Assembly (NCBI GenBank): GCA_950097015.1 | Contig: CATNEN010000001.1 | Coordinates: forward strand, 3,410,001 to 3,474,000 | Direction of reading: 5' to 3' | DNA: 64,000 nt | Source of the DNA: Macrostomum hystrix | Lineage: Eukaryota; Animalia; Platyhelminthes | In this document: positions 1 to 13,112 of the stretch, piece by piece | How the letters are laid out: each line of letters starts with the position of its first letter | Numbering within the stretch: the first letter of the stretch is position 1 | Position numbers and translations under genes: made by a program | Notes under the pieces: generated by a model | The model's input: only the letters and a program-made list of their open reading frames with translations | What the model was told of the DNA's origin: nothing | Database searches by the model: none

Positions 1-95
1 ATTCTACCTGTGATCTGCATGTATTCTACCTGTGATCTGCCTATTCTACCTGTGATCTGCCTATTCTACCTGTAATCTGCCTGTATTCTACCTGT
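1..95. repeat. ~20-22 bp minisatellite (attctacctgtgatctgcct) in an ACMSD intron
   Basis: Direct tandem copies are visible. Confidence 0.85.
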
Positions 96-152
96 TAGGT
101 TAGGTGTGGTTTCTAGTTTTTCTTAGTTTCTGATATTCAACAATAGACCAAC

Positions 153-1226
153 CTGAGCAGTCTCAGCCGGCATGCCGACCAGCCATTGGGACCAGTATCG
201 ATTCCAACGATCACCAGACGGCATATCCCACGGATGAATGAATACGCAAGCGTTCTCAGCTTCGCAGGTGGCCCAGAATGGTTCCAGTTTGGGATCGCCC
301 AGGCCCCAGTCGTTGACGTGGCTGCCGATTTGTACGCCGGGCAATTGAAGATCGCGGCGAATTCGCTTCACCTGGGGAAACAGGTTTTAAGGCTGCGATT
401 TTATTTGGACAATTGGATAGGTAGGTAATCTATTAAACTGGCTACCTGTTATTCTTATCTTTTAGGCTGGCTACTCGTGTTCTTATCTTTTAGGCTGGCT
501 ACCTGTGTTCTAATCTATTAGACTGGCTACCTGTGTTCTTATCTATTAGACTGGCTACCTGTGTTCTTATCTATTAGACTGGCTACCTGTGTTCTTATCG
601 ATTATGCTAGCCACCTGTGTTCTTATCTATTAGACTGGCTACCTGTGTTTTTATCTATTAGACGGGCTACCTGTGCTCTTATCTTTAAAATGGGTTACCT
701 GTGTTTAGTTGATTTCTTATTTATTAGGCTAGCAGTTACCAATTTTTATTCTTTACTAGATTTGCTACCTGTTTTAAAGCTTACTAAAAAGTCTAATTTC
801 AGGCGCAAGTCGTACCTCTTCAACAGCCAGCACTGGATCCTGCATTGGCACGGTACCCAAGCCGACAAATTTATCCGGCCTCTGTTGGACACACTCGGCC
901 ACGTGATCGTTCAGTATTCGACTCAAATCAGCAGTATCGGATGGCCTAGCCCAGTAGCTGAACATGACCGGCACAGTAGACAGCACCTGCATTGTCACAT
1001 TGGTCTCCGACATTTCATCGATTCGACGATTTAAATTCCAACAATTTTCGTCAACAACTCGAAACAATTTCCCGTCTCGAGTCATATTGGCTTTTGAAGG
1101 ACAATCCGGACAAAGCTCTAACTGGACCCAACCGCCATAGCCGTAGCGTTCGGTTAAATTAGGCCAGGTTGGTGGCAGAATATGGGTGTGCAGATCGAGT
1201 CGGGGTGAACCAGGTGATTGCGACAT
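153..1226 (-). CDS. ACMSD: Aminocarboxymuconate-semialdehyde decarboxylase, 5' part (exons 1226-816 and 371-153; the gene continues past the window's left edge)
   Basis: DLHTHILP (amidohydrolase HxH), [24 protein letters not shown]-like segment, [30 protein letters not shown] and [10 protein letters not shown] all match ACMSD. GT donors at 815 and 152 and a CAG acceptor at 372-374 join the exons in frame. Confidence 0.95.
428..780. repeat. Degenerate ~28-30 bp minisatellite (gttcttatctattagactggctacctgt) in ACMSD intron 1
   Basis: Tandem degenerate copies. Confidence 0.85.
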
Positions 1227-1317
1227 AGCTCGGTCAGGCTCCTGCGGAATCAGTAGTCTATGGTCATTTTAGCCAGCACAGTTACAGAAAAAACTAGGCT
1301 CTAATCTTGTAACAAAG

Positions 1318-3500
1318 CTTGTTTCTATCCATGATTCTAGGTCATTTATCAAGCTGTTTCTATCCATGATTCTAGGTCATTTATCGAGCTGTTTCTATCC
1401 ATGATTCTAGGTCATTTATCAAGCTGTTTCTATCCATGATTCTAGGTCATTTATCGAGCTGTTTCTATCCATGATTCTAGGTCATTTATCAAGCTGTTTC
1501 TATCCATGATTCTAGGTCATTTATCAAGCTGTTTCTATCCATGATTCTAGGTCATTTATCGAGCTGTTTCTATCCATGATTCTAGGTCATTTATCAAGCT
1601 GTTTCTATCCATGATTCTAGGTCATTTATCAAGCTGTTTCTATCCATGATTCTAGGTCATTTATCAAGCTGTTTCTATCCATGATTCTAGGTCATTTATC
1701 AAGCTGTTTCTATCCATGATTCTAGGTCATTTATCAAGCTGTTTCTATCCATGATTCTAGGTCATTTATCAAGCTGTTTCTATCCATGATTCTAGGTCAT
1801 TTATCGAGCTGTTTCTATCCATGATTCTAGGTCCATTATCAATCAAACGGTTTCTATCCTTGATTCTAGGTCTATTATCAATCAAACGGTTTCTATCCAT
1901 GATTCTAGGTCTATTATCAATCAAACGGTTTCTATCCATGATTCTAGGTCATTTATCAATCAAACGGTTTCTATCCTTGATTCTAGGTCTATTATCAATC
2001 AAACGGTTTCTATCCATGACTCTAGGTCTATTATCAATCAAACGGTTTCTATCCATGATTCTAGGTCTATTATCAATCAAACGGTTTCTATCCATGACTC
2101 TAGGTCTATTATCAATCAAACGGTTTCTATCCATGATTCTAGGTCTATTATCAATCAAACGGTTTCTATCCATGACTCTAGGTCTATTATCAATCAAACG
2201 GTTTCTATCCATGATTCTAGGTCTATTATCAATCAAACGGTTTCTATCCATGATTCTAGGTCTATTATCAATCAAACGGTTTCTATCCATGACTCTAGGT
2301 CTATTATCAATCAAACGGTTTCTATCCATGATTCTAGGTCTATTATCAATCAAACGGTTTCTATCCGTGATTCTAGGTCTATTATCAATCAAACGGTTTC
2401 TATCCATGATTCTAGGTCTATTATCAATCAAACGGTTTCTATCCATGATTCTAGGTCTATTATCAATCAAACGGTTTCTATCCGTGATTCTAGGTCTATT
2501 ATCAATCAAACGGTTTCTATCCATGATTCTAGGTCTATTATCAATCAAACGGTTTCTATCCATGATTCTAGGTCTATTATCAATCAAACGGTTTCTATCC
2601 ATGATTGTAGGTCTATTATCAATCAAACGGTTTCTATCCATGATTCTAGGTCTATTATCAATCAAACGGTTTCTATCCATGATTCTAGGTCTATTATCAA
2701 TCAAACGGTTTCTATCCATGACTCTAGGTCTATTATCAATCAAACGGTTTCTATCCATGATTCTAGGTCTATTATCAATCAAACGGTTTCTATCCATGAT
2801 TCTAGGTCCATTATCAATAAAACGGTTTCTATCCATGATTCTAGGTCTATTATCAATCAAACGGTTTCTATCCATGATTCTAGGTCTATTATCAATCAAA
2901 CGGTTTCTATCCATGATTCTAGGTCTATTATCAATCAAACGGTTTCTATCCATGATTCTAGGTCTATTATCAATCAAACGGTTTCTATCCATGATTCTAG
3001 GTCTATTATCAATCAAACGGTTTCTATCCATGATTCTAGGTCTATTATCAATCAAACGGTTTCTATCCATGATTCTAGGTCTATTATCAATCAAACGGTT
3101 TCTATCCATGATTCTAGGTCTATTATCAATCAAACGGTTTCTATCCATGATTCTAGGTCTATTATCAATCAAACGGTTTCTATCCATGATTCTAGGTCCA
3201 TTATCAATAAAACGGTTTCTATCCATGATTCTAGGTCTATTATCAATCAAACGGTTTCTATCCATGATTCTAGGTCTATTATCAATCAAACGGTTTCTAT
3301 CCATGATTCTAGGTCTATTATCAATCAAACGGTTTCTATCCATGATTCTAGGTCTATTATCAATCAAACGGTTTCTATCCATGATTCTAGGTCTATTATC
3401 AATCAAACGGTTTCTATCCATGATTCTAGGTCTATTATCAATCAAACGGTTTCTATCCATGATTCTAGGTCTATTATCAATCAAACGGTTTCTATCCATT
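1318..3500. repeat. Compound minisatellite: a 35-bp unit (to ~1830) switching to a related 39-bp unit (atgattctaggtctattatcaatcaaacggtttctatcc)
   Basis: Near-perfect tandem copies. It explains the spurious 564 and 516 aa ORFs. Confidence 0.97.
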
Positions 3501-4009
3501 GGTATTAGAAGATAACTTTAAAATGCGTTTTTAAAGTCGAAGATGATAATAAGCGATTATAAAAATTTATATTTTTAATTTTATAGTTGCTAGGTTGCAT
3601 TGACTATGAGAACAAATTGAGAACAGTAGATAATTACTATAAGAATATATAAAGAAGTAAAGCATACAGTTTTATTCGTTATAATCAATCATATTTCACC
3701 GAGCATCTAAATAAGAAGTAGGTAAGGCAAAACAACATATTAAAGCGGAAACATTTAACATTTGATGTTCTTAAAAACAAATTGTAAAAAAACATAAATA
3801 ATTACGCTAAACATGTTCAATAATATATATTGCCACTCAGGTATATAATTTTTTCAGAAAAACTTCCGGATAGTTTAAAGATACGAGCGAGTTTTGGGAA
3901 AGTTGAACAACCAGATTTTTTAGAAAGATTTTTTATTTTTTAGATTTTTTAAGAGAAATATAATTTTTTCGAAATTTTGAAAACTTTGAGCTTTAGGAAG
4001 TTCTGAATT

Positions 4010-4835
4010 CGGAAAAGCCTTGAAGTTTCGGGAAATTCAGGATTTTAGGAAGGCCCTGAAGTTTCGGGAAATTCAGGATTTTAGGAAAGCCCTGAAGTTT
4101 GGGGAAATTCAGGATTTTAGGAAGGCCCTGAAGTTTGGGGAAATTCAGGATTTTAGGAAAGCCCTGAAGTTTGGGGAAATTCAGGATTTTAGGAAGGCCC
4201 TGAAGTTTTAGGAAATTCAGGATTTTAGGAAGGCCCTGAAGTTTGGGGAAATTCAGGATTTTAGGAAAGCCCTGAAGTTTGGGGAAATTCAGGATTTTAG
4301 GAAAGCCCTGAAGTTTGGGGAAATTCAGGATTTTAGGAAGGCCCTGAAGTTTTAGGAAATTCAGGATTTTAGGAAGGCCCTGAAGTTTCAGGAAATTCAG
4401 GATTTTAGGAAAGCCCTGAAGTTTCGGGAAATTCAGGATTTTAGGAAGGCCCTGAAGTTTCGGGAAATTCAGGATTTTAGGAAGGCCCTTAAGTTTCAGG
4501 AAATTCAGGATTTTAGGAAGGCCCTGAAGTTTTAGGAAATTCAGGATTTTAGGAAGGCCCTGAAGTTTCGGGAAATTCAGGATTTTAGGAAGGCCCTGAA
4601 GTTTCAGGAAATTCAGGATTTTAGGAAAGCCCTGAAGTTTCGGGAAATTCAGGATTTTAGGAAGGCCTTGAAGTTTCAGGAAATTCAGGATTTTAGGAAG
4701 GCCCTGAAGTTTCAGGAAATTCAGGATTTTAGGAAGGCCCTGAAGTTCAGGGAAATTCAGGATTTTAGGAAGGCCCTGAAGTTTTAGGAAATTCAGGATT
4801 TTAGGAAAGCCCTGAAGTTTATGGAAATTCAGAAC
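4010..4835. repeat. 36-bp minisatellite (ttaggaaggccctgaagtttcgggaaattcaggatt)
   Basis: About 23 tandem copies. Confidence 0.95.
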
Positions 4836-5046
4836 TCAGATGAAAATTCAGCACTTCAGGAAGGCCGTTAACTTTTGCAAAACACATTGAAGTCTTAATT
4901 TATTAAGAAACAGGCAGAAAAACTAAACGTTATTTTTCAAAAACTGTAAAAAATGCCCTGCAGCCAGCTGGCTACTGTTCATATGAAAAAAAAACATAAA
5001 TTTTCAGAGAAACGGCAAACATTTTTTGTTTAAATCATTCTATCGA

Positions 5047-5718
5047 TCAATCATCCATCAGATTTGAGTCGCCGCTAGCTTCGGCAGCTGCCGCGGCTGT
5101 AGCTTCGGCTACAAAAGCTTCGACACCGTCGACACCGACGACCCCGCCGCAGCCACCGTTGACTTGGTTTCCAATCCGAGCCAAACCGGAAGCCAGACTC
5201 ACAGAGCCGAGGCACAACAAAATCAAAGACGAAGATGTCAAACAGTCGTTCCTATCGCTGCCAACCGTTAGTAGCCAATGAAACGGAGCGAACCAATCAG
5301 CCAATAGTGGCAGTTCTAGCACTGGAGTGCCACTAGATCGATACAGAAACCACATAGCAACGGAATTGGACATAGCTCGGGCGAATAGGTTAGAGCCAGT
5401 TTTAACAATGGCCGATCTGCCAATCCTGGCATCTCGAAACGGTGCCAAATCCGCTCGCAAACGATTAGCTCGACGATCTAGACGAGAGATGGCCACAAAA
5501 TTAGCCTCCGTATTTGATAAACTCCTGCGCTCTAGTCTGTTAGAGAGCAGTTCGGCTGTTAAATTTGCTTCAGCAGTTGAAGGCGCGCTGACGCCTGATA
5601 AAATTGATGCTAAACGCCAGCATACTACTGATAGTAGGCGAGGCAGCAGCCACCAGAGGGTGCCGAATGTCCCTAGCAGCATAAGTGGCGCTAATAGCGA
5701 CGGGGACGCGGTTGCCAT
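5047..5718 (-). CDS. GET1: GET1/WRB-like receptor of the tail-anchored protein insertion (GET) pathway, single coding exon
   Basis: An N-terminal TM segment, a coiled coil 'SNTEANFVAISRLDRRANRLRADL' (cf. WRB EFARYARLERKINKMTDKL), then TM - 'PVLELPLLADWFAPFHWLL' - TM. This is the CHD5/WRB layout. Confidence 0.75.
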   Translation of the reverse strand: MATASPSLLAPLMLLGTFGTLWWLLPRLLSVVCWRLASILSGVSAPSTAEANLTAELLSNRLERRSLSNTEANFVAISRLDRRANRLRADLAPFRDARIGRSAIVKTGSNLFARAMSNSVAMWFLYRSSGTPVLELPLLADWFAPFHWLLTVGSDRNDCLTSSSLILLCLGSVSLASGLARIGNQVNGGCGGVVGVDGVEAFVAEATAAAAAEASGDSNLMDD

Positions 5719-6159
5719 AGAGACTAAAGTGCACAGAGGATTGAGTAAAACTGAAAGGAAGGTTTCAAAGAAACTGAATTTATTAAAACCTAATTATTAA
5801 TATTCACGCGAAGACTTTAAACAGTAGAAAGAAAACACTAGTTTTCCCCTGGGGAAAGACAAAGGGGATATTTCAAATACTCACTGTCTACTTCACGATA
5901 TTCAGCGACTCATGTCGAAGACCCTTAGTGACAAGGACAAATACCATTGATTTGTGTTGCTATGTAACCTATTTGGCGAACCCTTATTGTTTAAAAAGTG
6001 TAGAAATTAACTATATAATCTATATAATATAGTCAATAATAATAGTCGACATGATTACATGATAAAATTTTATGAGAAAAAATAGGTTGCTTTTGCCAGT
6101 AGACAACTCGACGAGAACCGTTGAGTATCTCGACGATGTCGATGTTTCGTGATTCGCGA

Positions 6160-6995
6160 TTCACCTGACTGTCATTCACTTGGATTATTCACCTGACTGT
6201 CATTCACTTGGATTATTCACCTGACTGTCATTCACTTGGATTATTCACCTGACTGTCATTCACTTGGATTATTCACCTCACTGTCATTCACTTGGATTAT
6301 TCACCTGACTGTCATTCACTTGGATTATTCACCTCACTGTCATTCACTTGGATTATTCACCTGACTGTCATTCACTTGGATTATTCACCTGACTGTCATT
6401 CACTTGGATTATTCACCTGACTGTCAGTCACTTGGATTATTCACCTGACTGTCATTCACTTGGATTATTCACCTGACTGTCATTCACTAGGATTATTCAC
6501 CTGACTGTCATTCACTTGGATTATTCACCTGACTGTCATTCACTTGGATTATTCAGCTGACTGTCATTCACTTGGATTATTCACCTGACTGTCATTCACT
6601 TGGATTATTCACCTGACTGTCATTCACTTGGATTATTCACCTGACTGTCATTCACTTGGATTATTCACCTGACTGTCATTCACTTGGATTATTCACCTGA
6701 CTGTCATTCACTTGGATTATTCACCTGACTGTCATTCACTTGGATTATTCACCTGACTGTCATTCACTTGGATTATTCACCTGACTGTCATTCACTTGGA
6801 TTATTCACCTCACTGTCATTCACTTGGATTATTCACCTGACTGTCATTCACTTGGATTATTCACCTCACTGTCATTCACTTGGATTATTCACCTGACTGT
6901 CATTCACTTGGATTATTCACCTCACTGTCATTCACTTGGATTATTCACCTGACTGTCATTCACTTGGATTATTCACCTGACTGTCATTCACTTAG
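6160..6995. repeat. 28-bp minisatellite (cattcacttggattattcacctgactgt)
   Basis: About 30 near-identical tandem copies. Confidence 0.97.
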
Positions 6996-7290
6996 ATTTA
7001 GTAAACTATCATAAAACACGTTAAAAAATGGATGCAAAAAGCGAAATGACAAGTCTTAAAATGTTAGCACTAAAAAACATATCGGAAGCATTTTCATGTA
7101 TAATGTTGTATATTTCACAGCCAAAAAAACTTGTCTATAGTGGAGTGAAAGGAATGACAAAACATGTCGACATATGGTTAGACACACAAAAAACGGAGTA
7201 AGTAAAAAAACTTGCAATAAAAAAATCGTGACCTAGGCACCATCAACACTTGTCAAAAAGCAAGTGTGTGATTCAGTTAAGTCAAATTAT

Positions 7291-10200
7291 TCAACCGAAA
7301 TATGATAAATGATGCACCTGCTGTACTATCGGTGTTAGCTTCTGGTTTGTGTACTTGTACACCTGAATAACGGGAAAGAGGGCATATCTGTGTTACTTAG
7401 AAAGAAAATCAATCAGATATATTTACTTACAAAGGATCTAACTTCCAGATACCTATATTCACGATCTAGATCATAAGAATTACCATCTAGATCCCTAGAT
7501 TCATTATCTGGATCCCTAGATTCACCATCTAGATCCCTAGATTCACCATCTAGATCCCTAGATTCACCATCTAGATCCCTAGATTCACCATCTAGATCCC
7601 TAGATTCACCATCTAGATCCCTAGATTCAGACCCCTTTACAGAAATGCCATTAAACACGACAATGATTCGCAAACCTTGATGACCGAATCGGCAGACCCG
7701 GAATAAGCCGTATTCCCAGCCAACAGCAGGCAATCCACTCTCTCCCTGTGCCAATGCGATTTCTGCACTCGTTTCCAGGTGCGCAGATCCCACACCTGCA
7801 TAGTGCCATCCAACTGGCCGGATAATAGCCAATTTCCGCTGCTAGTGCAGGCCAGCGAGCACACTGAGCCCAGGTCTGCAGTACCCAGGCAGGCCAGTTG
7901 AGAGCTCAGATTACTGTCTAGTATCCAGATGCCCTTCTTGGCTGTGCCGACTATCACGTGACGCTGGCTGGCCAATAGACAGCGAGGCATGCCGAAGGGC
8001 TGCAATCGGATTGATAGAGGGGATAAGAGTTTTGGGAGATGGGATGAGAGTTTGGGGAGAGGGGATGAGAGATTGGGGAGAGGGGGTGAGAGTTTGGGGA
8101 GAGGGGATAAGAGTTTGGGGAGAGGGGATAAGAGTTTTGGGAGATGGGATGAGATTTTGGGGAGAGGGGATAAGAGTTTGGGGAGAGGGGATAAGAGTTT
8201 TGGGAGATGGGATGAGAGATTGGGAAGAGGGTATTTTGAGGCGAGGGGATGAGATTTTTAGGAGAGGGGATGAGATATTGAGGAGAGGGGATGAGATTTC
8301 GAGGAGAGGGGATGAGATTTTGAGGAGAGGGGATGAGATTTTGATGAGAGGGGATGAGATTTTGAGGACAGATGGGAGTTTAGTGAGATGGAAGAGAGTG
8401 GGTAGAAGAGATCATTTGGGAAAGGGGATAAGAGTTTGGGAATAGTAGAACAGACGAAGGGCAAAGAAGATACAAGAAAACGGCTCACCACATTCTTAGG
8501 CATCCTGACCAGCTGCAGCACCTCGGGCTCCTGTTTAACGGCAAACAGGCAGATCCGATTTCGGCAGGCAACAAATAGGCCAGTCCCAATCGGAGTCAGG
8601 CCCATTGCGCCAACATCGCGTTGCACTTTAGTGACGTGCTGCAAAGCGTTCAACTGCGGCAGATGCCAGACCCGGACCTCGGCAATAGCCGCAGTAAACA
8701 GCAGCAGAGAGGCTGGATTAGCCGAGGATGCAATAACCATGCCGGTCACTGGGATGCCTGAATGAGCGTCGGCCACGCTGCCTAGCAACCTAGGAGGTCG
8801 TCCGTCAGTTTCAGCCATAGACAATTTGGCTAAACTACCCTTGCTATTGGCCATTAGCAGAAGGCCGCGTTCCTGAACGCCGCCTAGAATGATTGGCGCA
8901 GTGACAGCGGCTGCGCAGGTGACAAAAGCACCGGGAACGCCAGTCCATGTTGAAGTGGCGAAGCATCTCTCTTCAATAGTGTCCCAAACTCGAACTTCGC
9001 CATTAGCGCTAAACGAATAAATAACTGGCGTAGATGCACTACTATTGGTAGCGGCATTAGTAGTAGCATATGCTACTGCCAAATGAATCACTGGCGCGGA
9101 ATGGCCACAAAATGTGCCTGTACAGTTCAATGAGAATGGCAGGGTCCATTCTGGTTCCAATAGTTGAGGTGGCTGCAGCTGCTGCTTCACTGCCGAACTG
9201 ACACCACTGTTAAAAGCATGCGACGGATTGGCTGGAGAATGAACAGGTGACGAATCAGACGATGATGATGACGATGATGAATATTCAGAAGGCTCCATGA
9301 CAACCAAGTGTAACCGACTGTTTGCAGACGATTGCTTTCGCTGCTGACTGCTGAGACTCCTGAAGTGAAGGACGATAATTAACGATTGCCTATTGGTTTA
9401 TTTCTATAAATTTCTCTAACAAAATCAATAATGTATTTAAGAAGAAAATTTTATCTATTTAACCCAAGGCATTATATAACGATAAAGAAAAGAAAAAGTA
9501 ATAATAATTGCAAGCAGGCAATGGCACATCATTTGGTGACACTAGACCCGCAGCCAGCGAGGAGGCAATTCTGCCTATTTCGCTGAATCCTGAGCACACA
9601 CGCACACAGATACTGTACGCAGGCACACTCTCACACAGGTGTGTACACCTGCCCTGAATTTCTCACCGTCAGGCAGTGTACACTTTCACTGGGTCCTAGA
9701 GGTTGGCCCTGAAGGGTGTAAATTGCACGACAAGCCCCCAAGCCTTCTTCTCCGCGGCTGCGCCCCAAATGAATGTTGTGGCCTCACCGCGGAATCGAGC
9801 CCAGGAACCTTGGTGCGAGAGGCAAACGCGTTTAGACCGTTCTGCCACTCAGCCCCTAGCCAATAAGCCTGTCTTTAAATACACGTCATTACTAAGCACT
9901 AAAATTAGTCATAATCAAAGCTTTTAAATAGGTAAATACATTCGTTTTTAAATAGGTCATTACCAGGTCATTACGAGTCTTTAAACCTATGATTTCCACT
10001 CCAATAATAGGAGAATAAATTGGACTTATTTAAACAAACAAGCTCACCTTAGAGATGGTGAATTGAGACTATTAGGTGGTCGTTCTATCGGTGTAATTCT
10101 ACTCGAAGGTGCGCGTGAAACTGAAGCCGCATGTAGGGGAGTCACATTAGTCTGCTGTTGCTGCTGCTGTTTCAGTTGAGTCAATTGCTGCATCAGTTTG

Positions 10201-11790
10201 TCTACTCGGACTTCAATGTTGTCTCCTAATCCAGCAATTCTAACTGCTAAATTTTGCACAATATTTTCTAATCGATGCTGGCAAGCCACTAGTGTGCGCA
10301 GCTGATCAGCAGTGGGGCCCTGATTATTGGCGCTGCGAGTCAATTCATGACCGCTAGAAGCGTCGAATACCGGCAATGTGGCCGAATTGAAACCGGCGTT
10401 ATCGTCCAATCTGGATCTGATTAGGCTAGAAACTGCATTGTTTAAACCGGACTGCTCATCTGAGCTGGTGTCTGATTCTTGATCAGCTGATTCTCTGAGC
10501 TCGTGAGGCTGGGCTAGAATTGTTTCATGATGTAATGAGGGATCATTGTGTAGAGATTTTAGCATCTGAAGGATTACTGAGAGGATTTCAGTCCCTGAAG
10601 AATATCACTGAGAGGATTTCAGTCCCTGAAGAATATCACTGAGAGGATTTCAGTCTCTGAAGAATATCACTGAGAGGATTTCAGTCTCTGAAGAATATCA
10701 CTGAGAGGATTTCAGTCTCTGAAGAATATCACTGAGAGGATTTCAGTCTCTGAAGAATATCACTGAGAGGATTTCAGTCTCTGAAGAATGTCACTGAGAG
10801 GATTTCAGTCCCTGAGGAATATCACTGAGAGGATTTCAGCTTTTGTAGAAAAATAAATCCCAAATTCAATCTAGCAACAGTGTATAATTACCGTCAAAGC
10901 CGACGTCACCCTGCAGCAGCAGCAGAGCTGAACACTCGGTGCTACAGTGCTGTTCAAGGCTGAATGCTCGAATCGAGGCTCCACAATTATGGCAGGCCAC
11001 CCATCTGTGCTCACAAATGCTTAAATGATTGTTGAGCTCGCCTGTCAAAGCAACATTAGCAGTGAATTGTTAAATAGAATCATTTATTTTAACAATGCAA
11101 GCTGTGAACTAACCAAGAGCGACTTCGTTATCGCAACCGGAATCGTCCCATCGCAAGGGTCTAGCTAGGCAAGGCATCAGGCTGTCTATTGTTGGTGCGG
11201 CTAAGCTCATAACTACCTGAGCAAACTCATAGCGATACAGGCAGCGCATCTGCAGTTGTTTTAGGCCCTCTTCTCGAGAACTGGAAGCGAATTTAATGAA
11301 CAGAGTTTAGCTTAGTTACTCGATTGTGAATGAGCTCAATTAAGTCATTGAGTCAGTTGGTCATGGGTCAGTTGGTCATTGGGTCAGTTGGTCATTGCGT
11401 CAGTTGGTCATTGGGTCAGACGGTCATTGAGTCAGTTGGTCATTGGGTCAGTTGGTCATTGGTTGAATTGGTCATTGGGTCAGTCGGTAATTGGGTCAGT
11501 TAGTCATTGGGTCGATGGGTCATTGGGTCAGTTCGTCATAGGCTCAGTTGGTCATTTGGTCATAATTTTTGCACGCAATCAACTAACATATTAGGCACAA
11601 CGCAGTCAGCATTGGCAGCAATTTCTGGATGCTCCGGGCAGTTGTTGAAAGTGCCGTCGCTTAGCAACAGACAGCCGGAACAGAATGAATCGCCGCAGTT
11701 TTTGTTTAACACCGGATTGCGTAGCACATTGCGACAGATTCGACAGAGTAGGTAACTCTTCACGGGACTTGTGAATAACTCCGGATCCAT
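7291..11790 (-). CDS. TRAF7: TRAF7-like E3 ligase (RING, TRAF-type zinc finger, coiled coil, WD40). Exons approx. 11790-11588, 11280-11114, 11041-~10892, ~10576-10048, 9359-8489, 7999-7676, 7362-7291
   Basis: RING CRICRNVLRNPV..CGDSFCSGC..CP; QLQMRCLY..GCDNEVALGELNNHLSICEHRWVACHNC; Q-rich coiled coil; WD repeats (GHSAPV..VRVWD, LSGQLDGTMQVWD, YSGSADSVIKVY). GT/AG junctions keep the frame. The exon 3/4 junction is uncertain. Confidence 0.8.
7465..7630. repeat. 21-bp minisatellite (tctagatccctagattcacca), intronic
   Basis: Tandem copies. Confidence 0.9.
8012..8440. repeat. 21-bp G-rich minisatellite (gagaggggataagagtttggg), intronic
   Basis: Tandem degenerate copies. Confidence 0.9.
9520..9862 (-). 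mobile_element. tRNA-derived SINE, family A, copy 1
   Basis: The minus-strand head has an A box (TGGCAGAACGG) and a B-box-like GGCTCGATTCC. A second diverged copy lies at 32108-32345. Confidence 0.75.
10572..10840. repeat. 31-bp minisatellite (gagaggatttcagtctctgaagaatatcact), intronic
   Basis: About 8.5 tandem copies. Confidence 0.92.
11342..11565. repeat. ~16-bp degenerate minisatellite (gtcagttggtcattgg), intronic
   Basis: Tandem degenerate copies. Confidence 0.85.
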
Positions 11791-11909
11791 AATTAGACTG
11801 AATTATAATGCGTTTTCTGAAACATAAAGCGAAGAAGTTTTCGCAAAAAAACTCTATACATATCGGTAACTTATAAAACGCCCTATGCAAATCAAGTACA
11901 TAATCTTGA

Positions 11910-12058
11910 AATTTCGACACATATCGGGTGGCATTATATAGATTTCGACACATATCGGGTGGCATTATATAGATTTCGAAACATATCGGGTGGCATTATA
12001 TAGATTTCGACACATATCGGGTGGCATTATATAGATTTCGAAACATATCGGGTGGGTA
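11910..12058. repeat. 31-bp minisatellite (gatttcgacacatatcgggtggcattatata)
   Basis: About 4.7 copies. Confidence 0.9.
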
Positions 12059-13112
12059 TCCCAAAAGATTTTGACAAATATCGGATATCGCGTGTTTTAA
12101 GAAATAATCAATGACGCCAGCCTAGCTTGTGTAAAAACAACTGGCTCTAAAAAAGCCAACTGTTTATACATTTATAAGCTTTCAGTGCTATTAAATACAA
12201 ATTAGTAAGCAATTCGATGCATGACTTTATTTATACAGGCGTTTAACGTTAGCATGCAAAGGCAAGGATAATTTAATACATAGATCGATTTTTTTCTAGC
12301 TGCTAAGAAAACGAAAAACTGAAAAAAGATTAGACCAATAAAGCTATTGCGGAAAGTATAAGAGATTTTTCAAAATCAAATTAACGAGTTAAGCGATTGC
12401 ATATGAGATCAAAAATTTACTGGCATAATAACATGATTGCAAATTTTGGTAGTTCAAATTATAAAATAAAGATTGCTTTACTGTATAAAAAATCGGGTTA
12501 GAACTATTCACTTACGCCTAGATAGTTCGCTTTTATTTTGACAACAATGCTCGTTCAGTCTACTCTCTTGTCAGTAGTTTAAACGAGCACTCTAATTTCT
12601 AAAAAGTTTGTGCAATCCATGCGATTAAACTAATTTTTTATAAGTGAAAACTCTAAACTTCGGAATATATTTTCATGAGTATTTCTAGAATTTTGAATGG
12701 AAGCGAATACAAGTATTCGTTTACTTATAATGAGAAACAGAAAGCAGTTTAAAATTCAAAAAATTCGGCAGCATATGAAACTAAACATGAGCGATTGTTA
12801 TCAAACCGCATAAAGAAATATGTATAGCAAGGTCACCTGTTATGCGTTACTTTAGGCAATGTAACTTGGCTAGAGTGACTGAGTATTGACGGTCACGAAG
12901 CGTTGCTAAGGCGGTATTATATTATTGGCGCAATAGCAGAGGTTGCCACTGACTGTACATGTGGCCCAAGTGGTCTAGGTGTAATTTTTTCTTTTGATCT
13001 ATCTAGTTGGAACGACACACCTTGATTCAAATCACACTATTAAGCATTTTCTTAAATTTATCCTACTTAAAGTAGAATCATTCGCCTTTTAAGAATGAAT
13101 GTTCGCAGTGTC

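Noticed and set aside
1821-3515. 564 aa and 516 aa ORFs
   Set aside because: Translations of a 39-bp tandem repeat (a multiple of 3) with no unique coding sequence.
5327-5800. 157 aa plus-strand ORF
   Set aside because: Antisense shadow of GET1.
6160-6995. CRISPR-like regular 28-36 bp repeats (also 4010-4835 and 1318-3500)
   Set aside because: Head-to-tail units with no unique spacers, no cas genes, and a eukaryotic context.
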